Shown: in pieces, positions 53,384 to 64,000 of the stretch | Layout of the letters: each line of letters starts with the position of its first letter | Position numbering within the stretch: the stretch's first letter is position 1 | Origin: Octopus bimaculoides | Taxonomy: Eukaryota | DNA: 64,000 nt | Reading direction: 5' to 3' | NCBI RefSeq assembly: GCF_001194135.2 | Contig: NC_068993.1 | Location: 14,052,876-14,116,875, forward strand | The notes under the pieces: model-generated | What the model was told of the DNA's origin: nothing | Seen by the model: the letters and a program-made list of their open reading frames with translations, nothing else | Database searches by the model: none | Translations under genes and position numbers: made by a program

Positions 53384-56064
53384 NNNNNNNNNNNNNNNNN
53401 NNNNNNNNNNNNNNNNNNNNNNNNNNNNNNNNNNNNNNNNNNNNNNNNNNNNNNNNNNNNNNNNNNNNNNNNNNNNNNNNNNNNNNNNNNNNNNNNNNNN
53501 NNNNNNNNNNNNNNNNNNNNNNNNNNNNNNNNNNNNNNNNNNNNNNNNNNNNNNNNNNNNNNNNNNNNNNNNNNNNNNNNNNNNNNNNNNNNNNNNNNNN
53601 NNNNNNNNNNNNNNNNNNNNNNNNNNNNNNNNNNNNNNNNNNNNNNNNNNNNNNNNNNNNNNNNNNNNNNNNNNNNNNNNNNNNNNNNNNNNNNNNNNNN
53701 NNNNNNNNNNNNNNNNNNNNNNNNNNNNNNNNNNNNNNNNNNNNNNNNNNNNNNNNNNNNNNNNNNNNNNNNNNNNNATATATATATATATATATATAAA
53801 TGTATACATATATTCTCTATTTTGGGTAAACAAAACAACAGATCGTATCAAAAAAACTTTTTATTCTCGCCAATATGTGTCGTGAGAACATTCTCATCTC
53901 ATTGAAAACATGTACCAATACTATCATGCTATATACTTGGATAATTGTGAAGATTCCTACATGAAACAATCAGTTGCCTTGTTAAGTGACTGTGTTTGCC
54001 TGTGTGAGTGAGTGTGGCTACAATATCTAGTAATTGTCTGCACATTAAGAACAGTGTTTTACAGCGTATTAAATACAATATCTCTGTGAACATGGATTTT
54101 TGGTGCATAAAACCAGTGTCTACGTCATAGTGGTAGACAATCAAGGCTACTTCTGCAGTTAGGACTACCATGTCACGTGTGTCTTTGGCTTTGACAATGA
54201 TGGATACCACACTCTAAAATACGCTGAAGGTTTTTCTCTTGATAAATATCTCAGTATCTGTGTGTTGTAATGCTAAAATGCGCAGAAGCATCCGAAAGTG
54301 AAGATGGAAGTTATTAGTAACTCCACCACTGAGGCGATTTTCATTTCTACTGATACACCTTCGTGCTTTGTAGCATTATAGCTCTGTGCGAGAAGTATTA
54401 TCAAGAATACTACACTTAGTAGCTTACGTTAAGCAAGGAATATATAATTATATATGTACTTGAGTGTGTGTGTGTGTGTATGTGTGTGTGTGTGCGTGCG
54501 TGTGTGTGTATGTGTGCGTGCGTGGGTGTGTGTGTCTGAATGTGTGTGTGTGTATGTGCGTGTGTGTGTGAGCCTGCGTATGCGTGAGTATTATTTGTGT
54601 GAAAACTTCTTTTTCCAAAGTATCGATTCAACACTAATCGGAATATTCTCAAGAAATGGGACCATACACTATTTGGCTAAAAATCGTTGAAAACCCTAGC
54701 GTTTTCAGTGATCTTAATAAATACAGAACCAGCTGTATTAGATCAGATATGTTTAATAACTGCCGATATTACGTCTAGTACTTTTCACAACATGAGATGA
54801 TAACGGTACTTCCTGATAGAAATTTTACACATTTATTAATAAAATATTTTCCCGTTCCATTTTTAAATCTAAACGAATATTATAATTCGACATCTCCACG
54901 TTTATAATGCCTAGCTTATTTCCAAAATACCTTAACACATTCTTCAAAACTACACATATATTGTAATTTGACGTGCCTTCTCTACCAATGCTGAATAATA
55001 ATTTACTGGTTATTCGTATTTCTTTCAAGAAATCCTTATTTTATTTCACTCATCCCTGATATATGATATATGTATATTTTTCTCATAAATTCATCTTTAG
55101 CTTAACTACAATGTCGCTAAACATAAGTAGGAAATAACTCAAGACCATAACGTAGAAGTATATAAAGAGTGGTGCCCCTTACTACATTTTAAACAGAGAT
55201 TGCTATATAAGCACGACATATATGCAACNNNNNNNNNNNNNNNNNNNNNNNNNNNNNNNNNNNNNNNNNNNNNNNNNNNNNNNNNNNNNNNNNNNNNNNN
55301 NNNNNNNNNNNNNNNNNNNNNNNNNNNNNNNNNNNNNNNNNNNNNNNNNNNNNNNNNNNNNNNNNNNNNNNNNNNNNNNNNNNNNNNNNNNNNNNNNNNN
55401 NNNNNNNNNNNNNNNNNNNNNNNNNNNNNNNNNNNNNNNNNNNNNNNNNNNNNNNNNNNNNNNNNNNNNNNNNNNNNNNNNNNNNNNNNNNNNNNNNNNN
55501 NNNNNNNNNNNNNNNNNNNNNNNNNNNNNNNNNNNNNNNNNNNNNNNNNNNNNNNNNNNNNNNNNNNNNNNNNNNNNNNNNNNNATATATATATATATAT
55601 ATACACATGCATAGATATGCAAATATCTATATGTGTGTGTCTGTCTCTGTTTATGTATGCACACTTATTGCTGTTTAGCACAACGTTCTACAGTGATCAA
55701 CTATGTAATACAAAACTTACTGTAGTGCTCATCATGAAGCAGAATATTATAACTTATTTCGTGGTTCTCGGTTCTGGTGTCAATGCCTATTTTCGCATAA
55801 AACCATTTAACGCAAGCTTGTTGAAAAATACAAACAGATAGATGTTCATTCAGTTGATTTATAATGGAAGGCACATACGTCGAAAATACGGTGCGCATAT
55901 GCACACACACACAGAAGAGAATTACCATACACACGCTAACAAGACATATAAACCGACGCACATAAACTTGCTAAATACGTGTGTGCGAGTATATGATGTA
56001 CATGTTATATAGTCAATATAAGATATATGTGCACAGTTACTGATGTATTCCTGTGTGTAAGTGC

Positions 56065-56113
<49 letters not shown>

Positions 56114-56621
56114 CATGTATATATATATATATATATATATATGATATACGTGTATGAATGGTATTATATGTGTAGGTGAGTGTTATGTGCGTAAGTAGTG
56201 TCAATATATTTCAATGATTTTAAAATGAAACATATTTATCTAATTTTCCTTTACTTGCCATAATTCATCTAAAGCTACCGATATACCGATCCCGCTTTAA
56301 TGACGTACAAAATCAACTGATGTCCTGACTTCAAAGCCAGTTTCATAATTAATATTCATTTGCTCTCTACACCGACTGTTTGATCGGTGTGCTCCACTAT
56401 TACTATTCCGAATTATATATCATAAAAATATCACATATATCATACATTATATATACCTAAACATAACTCTCACGCTTATATCCATATAACCACTTAGCGA
56501 TACGTACCCGCCTTCGCATAAGGACCCTCATGGCAAACACACGCGCTTTCATTTATAAGCATATGCGCGTGCATCCGAGCGTGTGTGTGTGTGTGTGTGT
56601 GATTGTGTATGTGTTTCCATT

Positions 56622-56653
<32 letters not shown>

Positions 56654-56735
56654 CGTGTGTGTTTGTGTGTGTATTATTGTAGTGACGAAAATTTCTCAAG
56701 CTCAATACACATACCTCAAGACAAGCATATTCATA

Positions 56736-56821
<86 letters not shown>

Positions 56822-56839
56822 GATAGATAGATATGTATA

Positions 56840-57000
56840 GACGCGTTAGTTGCTGTGTAGCAAGCTTCACAACTGCATAGTTCGGGTTCAGTCCCACCGG
56901 ACGGCTACTTGCGCTACTGTTTTCCGCTATATCCTCAGCCACAACGAACACAGGTGAGTGGATTTGGTAAATGGAAACTGATTGAAGCTCGTCGTATATA
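56840..57000 (+). mobile_element. SINE C/B head
   Basis: gggttcagtcccacc...gtgagtggatttggtaaatggaaactga..gaagctcgtcgtatat. Confidence 0.8.
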
Positions 57001-57029
57001 TATATGAACACATTATTTTTTTATCACTC

Positions 57030-57079
<50 letters not shown>

Positions 57080-57314
57080 GTATTATTGTTGTTGTTGTTA
57101 TTTTATACATATAATGCAACTGCACGGGGCTCGTTAGCAATTTCTTCACTTTCTACGAAATTTTCCCTTTCTCCTCTACGATGTAGAGGTATGCTGGAAA
57201 TGTTAAACTCTCTTCTTTCATCAAGTGTCAAGCTAACATACTACTTGTACACATCCTCATCTACGTTGTTTTTCCTCTTTTTTTCAGTTTTTTATCCTTT
57301 TATTTGAAGTGATT

Positions 57315-57920
57315 ATATACAGTTTGCGTTGCGTAAATTATCGCATGCGCACTGTTTGTTTTAGATTGTGTCCACTACACTGTATACTAGGGTCAGTTTT
57401 CACAGTTTCTCACTGTCTGTGAGAAAATCGGCACCAAAACGCAATTCACTTTGCCAGAAACCTGGAAAAGACATGATGTACTGTTTGGCATTCGCGGCGG
57501 AAACTCCAATATGAACATTTTAGAGTGTTTGGGTGTCAATCTGAGGACAGTGCGTGTACCGACAGTGATAAAATCACACATCCAATCAACATCCTGCTGC
57601 TTGGAGTAACTACTAGTGATAGCAACGTTATGCTTTCATTCATCTTCTCACACAGCCTCACATTCAACACGAAGGCCTACATCAAGTGGCTGGAGGAGGT
57701 AGTGCAGCCCTAGGTGAAGATTGTGGCTCCTGGAAGACACTATGTCAGCCAACCTAGGAGAACCCAGCCATGGCTGTCAGACAATTTCTTCGACCTCATC
57801 ACCCTTAACTACTGACCACCTAACTCTCCAGACTGCAAGCTCTCGATTATTATGTGTGTGGCACAGTTCAGCAAGAGACCAGCTAAACGTCGTGCAACAC
57901 CAAAGATAATTTGAAATTTT
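57315..57920 (+). mobile_element. Internally deleted Tc1/mariner (maT-like) transposon
   Basis: THPINILLLGVTTSDSNVMLSFIFSHSLTFNTKAYIKWLEEVVQP*, then TQPWLSDNFFDLITLNY*PPNSPDC and DYYVCGTV, match W.P.SPD.NPLDY.VWG; 5' region with TA-flanked end. Confidence 0.85.
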
Positions 57921-58179
57921 TAACCACCACGTGAGTTGAATCGGAGCACGCTTCTGTTATGATGTTCTACAATCTACAAAAAAACAATAACTGAACTTAG
58001 ATATAATTGCTTTCGCAACCCTAACTTTGTGAATCGAGTGGATTCTTGCACTGTCTTGTAAAGTCGGGCAATCTGAAAATTGAACTTTGTTTTAACGAAT
58101 GTTTCGCACGTTCATCAGTTTAAATGTTGTGTTTACTGTTTTTGTTAAACCTGTTGTCAAACCATATGGAATGTATTAT

Positions 58180-58470
58180 AGGCAAAGTCTTCTCGGATGT
58201 TATCAGTCTGTCGTTTTGTGTACCATGATTAAGATTAACCGATGTCTTCAGAAGTACAAAAGTCTTATGCTATAAAAGGTAACAATGGGGATTTCATGAA
58301 TCTTCCTCTACCTTGCCAGGCATTTTATTTTCCAAGAGCCATTCATTTGATTTACCAAGCCATTGTGTGTTCTTTAACCACAACAAGTATAACTCATTTT
58401 TTCTTCCTGATACTAAGAAGACATGATGACTTACTCTTTAGGACACTGGACCATTAGCACCATTTCGTTT
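58180..58470 (-). mobile_element. Possible further RLE-type LINE zinc-knuckle remnant
   Basis: LLYF*RHRLILIMVH weakly resembles LA...Y..RHD.V...IH. Confidence 0.3.
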
Positions 58471-59629
58471 AGCTCCTTACGTTCAAACTACATCCAAATC
58501 GAGTTTCATATTTTTGGAGCTGATAAAATATGTACGAATTCGAGGCTGGTGCCAAATTTTAGGGGGACCTATGGCCCACTTAAAATTTCTAACCTCATAC
58601 CAATATTTGTAACCCTTATCTATAGTAATATTAATATTTAGTAGCAGAATTCACACGATGAATTTTAATAACACTCAAATGTATCAATATTTGTCACCAT
58701 ATTACTATCGATCAATTTCACACTCCATTATATTGGTAATTAGATATAATTAATATTACTAATTTTTTTCCTTTGTGTTTCGTGATCAAAATTTGTTATT
58801 AAAATATTTTTTTGTTCTCATAACTCCGGCTGTAATTTTATTTAAATTTGTTAGGTTTACTGAAGTATGCGTGCGATATCTTTATTGATATTTTCCCCTA
58901 AAGCAGACATTCGAGTGTAATTATCCCCGGTTATTCACTTAAACTATTATGCCACTCTGTATTTTTCTGTCTATAGATTATATTTAATTATTTTAAAATC
59001 TGGTAGTAACAATTCGATCATGTGTTGTTCAAGTGTTTTTGTTAGTAACGAAACGCGCTTGACATTATCAACGTACTCAGATTGTCTTTCCATTCTATAT
59101 AACACTTTCCATTTTATATAACACAGTTGTTTTTTTCCGAAATTTTTAATGCACATAAGAATTTTATTCTTTCATCATACAGTTACATTCAATTGCTTGT
59201 CATTTATTCCTTAACTAAACTAAGTAATTGATGTGAACACCGAATAAAAATTATAGTATCTTGAAAATCCTGATTCCATGTAAATTCTGATTGCAAACAT
59301 TTTCTCTCCACTACTACTGTAGTCATATACAGTTCATGACATTATTCTATTATTTTCTCCATATGCAAACTATGAACATTCTAATAATACCAAGAACTAT
59401 TGTGTTGATAGTTTCAATGACTTGTATGTAAATATAAATGTAGTTTTGATAAGGGTCTGTTGCAACGCTAATTGCGTTGCATGAAAACAGATATTTTGTA
59501 ACCAGCGCTTAGCATATGATGTAACATGCTATATTATTACTTTCTCTGTTGGCTTACATTTAGTTACTCTTATATTACAGCAATTTTAAATAAATTTGCA
59601 CTTGATACTTCTGAAACAATTGCTTTACT

Positions 59630-59740
59630 TTATTGGTCCCAGTGGCATGAAAGGCAAAGCATACTACCGTAGTGCTTGAATGTAGAGCACATGGTGATGG
59701 AAGTAATTCCGTAGCATCTAACCATTCTGCCATCATGTCC
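59630..59740 (-). mobile_element. SINE family A, old degenerate 5' half
   Basis: atgaaaggcaaag...taaccattctgcca. Confidence 0.55.
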
Positions 59741-60655
59741 TCTTTTTATGTTAGAAATAATTAACTTGGAAATGATATTAACCTACATCCTTCGGTAATT
59801 ATAAACAGTATGGTCAATCGATATACATGAAAATATTCATTATTCATATTTCCTGAGCTTATTTCTTATGCTTTATCAGCATTTAATTATCAACTCACAT
59901 ACCTACCTATTCATTTGCTTATTAGTGTATCACTTACCATTGAGAAAATCGAAGAAATATATTTCATTGGATAGGCTATTTTACACCAAATGCAAAATTC
60001 CAACTAAGAGATTAAAACTGTTTACTGCAATCCAGTAACAATTTTCTAATTTTCAGAACTCTACTGTAACCATGAGTTTGTCCGTTTGATATTTCGAAAG
60101 TTTTACAAGGGTGTGACCGTTTAAACATTTTAACTGTTATTGTAGATGTCCTGTCACACTGACCGTCAGTTATGTTGTCATCGCCGTGCAATATTCTAGA
60201 AAATATTTTATCAATGACTTTCGTCTTTCTTTTTGTTATCATGAGATTCCACACATTTTAAATGTAAACATGTAGTGGGAGTAAGTGAAATAAGTTCGCG
60301 TGACTTTCCTAATTGTTTCAGCACCAGTTTTCTAATGAATTTTATACGAATAGAAAATCCAGGAAATCGTGACGAGGGATTGATTGCAAGATGGTTTGAT
60401 ATCCATATAATTTACTTAAAAACGGTTTGATTTAATTAAACGCTACGGGGCGTAGATTTAACGAAATAGCTCCAGCTGGAAATCAAAACTCCAACCTGGT
60501 TCCACTTGGTAGGGTGCTTATTTTACAGGTAAACAACACCCACTTCCACATCCATATTACCAGATTATAAACAAAATAATTTCATAAGTGCTTAGCTAAA
60601 TCACGTTCACATTGTCAAAATAGTTTGTCCACATTACGTACCGGAAGAACATATA

Positions 60656-60877
60656 TACGAGGGGGTGATGAAAGGTTCCTGGGTTTAAATGTGTCACGAA
60701 AGGACATGATGAAGGCCTAAACTTCTGAGTTCTTTGACAGGGTTTAGAAAAACTGAAGGATCGCTACAATAAGCGTTCCTGTCTGAGATAAGAATATGTT
60801 AAATAAAATAATAATTAACTGATCCTCCAGTATTTTCTTTTACTCAGAGCCAAGAAATTTTCAGCACCCACCTCGTA
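60656..60877 (+). mobile_element. Mariner-derived MITE
   Basis: TIRs tacgagggggtgatgaaaggttcctgg / ccaagaaattttcagcacccacctcgta; interior keeps the transposase end GLEKLKDRYNK...EYVK*. Confidence 0.88.
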
Positions 60878-61014
60878 TTCATTTTCCAATTAAACTTTAA
60901 GGTAAATTAACAAAGCTGTTGGAATTAAACGAGGATAGAGTAAGAACGGTGGCCAAAATATCGTTTTATGGTAATGCGGCAATGTTTGAATAATTTGATC
61001 CGTTATTATTTCAT

Positions 61015-61180
61015 CTTACACACATGATTGTGTGACTAAGAAACTTGCATCCAAAAGACGTAGATCCGGGTACATTCCTACTGTGAGGACCCTTGGACAA
61101 GTTTTTCGTCTATAGTAGCAGACCAACCACTGTCTTTGAAAGACATTTTTTTTAAAAGCAGAGAATGTGTGGAAGCATGT

Positions 61181-61248
<68 letters not shown>

Positions 61249-61310
61249 TTCTATCTGTGTTTGTTTTCAGCCGCACAACTGCTTGACAAACAGTGTTTAC
61301 TTTAACATGT
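61015..61310 (+). mobile_element. SINE C/B head, spacer and start of 3' module
   Basis: cccttggacaagt...(TA)n(TG)n...tgtttg...cttgacaaac. Confidence 0.65.
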
Positions 61311-61389
61311 CTATCTGCCAACATAGACAGAGAGAAAGAATACCTATGTTCATCGACACTGAAAAATATGTAACTAAAGAATAATTGAA

Positions 61390-62000
61390 ACAAGAAATGA
61401 AGAAATAATAAAAAAAGAACAAGTATGGAAGGAACAAAAAAAATGTACGGTCAGTTTGCAAGCGAAGTGAACGCCAGGATAGATATAGAATACCGGTAGA
61501 TATAGATGAAGAGGAGTGACCTGAAGATAGAGATAGACGCACTTATATACGACGTTCAGGAACAAGCGTTAAGGACCAATTATATGAAGTGCAGAATAGA
61601 CAACATTACCGATTGTGACAAATGCAGAATGTTTGTTGATAGGGGTGAAACGGTATGGCACATTGTTAGCGAATGCCCGAAATTGGCACAACGCGAATAT
61701 AAAAGACGCCATGACAACGTGGCAAGAATGATCCATGGAGAGCTCTGTGGAAAACATGGTCTACAAAGAGCAAAGACGTGCTATAAAAAAATGTGAATGA
61801 AGAATAAAAAAAAATGATCAACTATGGCGATTTGAAGTGGAAATACGAAGGGTTTTTGTCAATGAGGAGAGTAGACATAATACCAATAGGAATTGGTGCA
61901 TTTGGAAGTATCAAAATTCAGCTTCTAACATGGCTGAAAAAGATTGGTGCAGATATAAAGGTAGAATCCTTACAAAAATTACTAGTTTGATAAGTACCGA
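61390..62000 (+). mobile_element. R4/Dong-like LINE 3' fragment (zinc knuckle plus RLE end)
   Basis: MKRSDLKIEIDALIYDVQEQALRTNYMK...KCRMFVDRGETVWHIVSECPKLAQREYKRRHDNVARMIHGELC; downstream IIPIGIGAFG. Confidence 0.9.
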
Positions 62001-62024
62001 CGCACGAAGCTGAATATTAATAAA

Positions 62025-62312
62025 ACTAGGAGTGGCTGTGTGATAAGTAGCTTGCTTACCAGCCCCATGATTCCGGGCTCAGGTAGGAAGTTGGTAGAGT
62101 AGAGTCTGACACGTACGGTATTGTCTAGCGTTTTAGCGAACACATCTTTTATTGAGTTACATGTCTTTTATCTTTGATATTTCAACATTTTAAGGTCTAC
62201 CGCTAGGCTCTGAGTATCCAGCTCTGTCAGCGTGATGTGCTGTTAGCCTCGGTTGGACTAAAGACTTCTGGGTAGATCCGGCATCGGAAACTGAAAAAAG
62301 TCCTCCGTATAT

Positions 62313-62344
<32 letters not shown>

Positions 62345-62545
62345 GTATGTTTATCTGTTTGTATTTGTCCACCCACCATCACTTGACATCCGATGTTGGT
62401 GTGTTTACGTCCCCATAAGTTAGCGGTTCGGCAAATGAAACCGATAGAACAAGTACTACGCTTACAAACAATAGACCCTGTTCCACTAAATGTGCTGCTC
62501 CATCATGGTCGCATTCAAATGACTGAAACAAATAAAAGAAGAGAA
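62025..62545 (+). mobile_element. Bipartite SINE C/B with an insertion in the head
   Basis: Head 62025-62082, foreign ~150 bp, head end 62245-62310, spacer, 3' module 62345-62545. Confidence 0.85.
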
Positions 62546-64000
62546 GAATAAAAAGAATACTTCTAACTTGAGTTCTGGTTTTCCTCCTTGCATCACCATA
62601 GCTACACACACACACACACACATTTGTATGTGTGTGTATGTAAGAATGTATGTATATGTATAAGTATAAGGATGTATGCGCGGTCGTGTGTGCCATTGCG
62701 CGTCAAAATTGTATTTTTGCTTTTATTTAAGCTGTCAAGCGAAAGACACGGTGAGAAAAGGCATCAGTCTTAAAATAGTACTGGGTTTGCTTCGAACATT
62801 TCTCCCTCAAGTTGTTATTTGATTGTTTATTAAATTGGCGTCCTGCCAGTATAAAAAGCCAAGGTATAAAGTGTCATTCTTCAAATTGAAATAATGAAGT
62901 AAAATAGTTTAGAACGTTAAATACCGTTAACTATTTTGCAATAATTTACTTCTAACTTTTTTTTTTGTTGTTGCAGGAGTCTGGAACAAGAATGTAATTC
63001 TAAAGTATCTTTCAGTTGATTAAACATACCATATTTAATATTTGATTTTAAAATTCTTTCTTTCTCCGTTTTAAATAGATCCATCGTATCACAAGGAAAG
63101 ATTAGGAGATTTTTATTAACTAGATTCTGTTATAAAATAGAATTATCATAAAATGTATTTCAAAACATTTTTTAAATACGTATAAAAATCTTAAGAATTT
63201 AAAGAAAAAAATGTTCAGGGGACAAAATAATTTATAGTTGAATATCGTGTTATCTTAGAGTACTTTAAAATGGAATTTAATAAATATTTAAATAACTTGC
63301 TTGACAGTCACACAATAAATTTAACTGGAGATTTAATCAGCTAAATGTTATGTGTTGCACATTGCATTCAAACAAATTCACTTAGACTATTAACAATTAA
63401 TTAATAGAATTTTCGAAAAAAATATAATTTTGTTTGTTTTCATCTTATTTTATTTTAATTTAGTTTCCCAAATGCCTCCAAATTTTAAAGAAAAATAGTT
63501 ATAGGAAATAGTGAATTTTGGATTTCTGATATTTATCGCAAAGCAATTATGCTTATTGACTTAGTGCTTTAGTAATTTCGCTACATCAAGTCTATGGAAT
63601 ATTGCTACACATCTCAACAAAGTAATTATGCATACGTAACTGTGTAGTTACAAATACTAATGGCACGCATATGCACATATAAATGATTATGCATGCACAT
63701 ACATATTTGAAATTATGTAGTCTCAAATAATCTCTTAAATGTGTGCAATCATAATTGCATATGTAAATTTTCTATTCATAAACACGATCACACACAAACA
63801 TACACACACACACACAAATATTCAAGCACACATGCAGACAGATATATTTGTATGTATATATGCATATATGTACGTAGAAGAATATATTTTTATAAGTATA
63901 TATATGTATCTGTTTGTACATATATGCATTTATAAGTAAACATATACATGCATACATATATATATATATGTATGAATGTAAGTATGTATGTATGTATGTA

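Noticed and set aside
53929-54210. 93-aa ORF (and 60012-60254, 23685-23942, 57086-57307)
   Set aside because: No recognisable domain, splice support or codon signal; consistent with chance ORFs or decayed transposons.

Overview
AT-rich, repeat-dense animal genomic DNA, most likely an octopus (cephalopod) draft scaffold, judged from SINE families I recognise from memory. It has 17 N-gaps (~5.5 kb), most of them flanked by (TA)n, (TG)n or (AAT)n microsatellites. No intact protein-coding gene is supported; the long ORFs in the track are artefacts of gaps and microsatellites. The window is probably intronic or intergenic. It holds many tRNA-headed SINEs (about four families), decayed fragments of R4/Dong-like, CR1-like, L1/Tx1-like and DIRS-like retroelements, Tc1/mariner, hAT and possibly piggyBac remnants, and MITEs. 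The most interesting signal is a ~190-bp dispersed element (5 copies, one inverted pair). It carries a 36-nt motif with the topology of a minimal type I hammerhead ribozyme, as in Penelope-like elements and retrozymes, but with a consistent change at core position A6. Other observations: a SINE with swapped 3' tails, a bipartite SINE with an internal microsatellite that hosts nested insertions, several inverted-repeat structures that could be ADAR substrates, and a few weak candidate small exons on the minus strand. Element boundaries are approximate and were set by eye.
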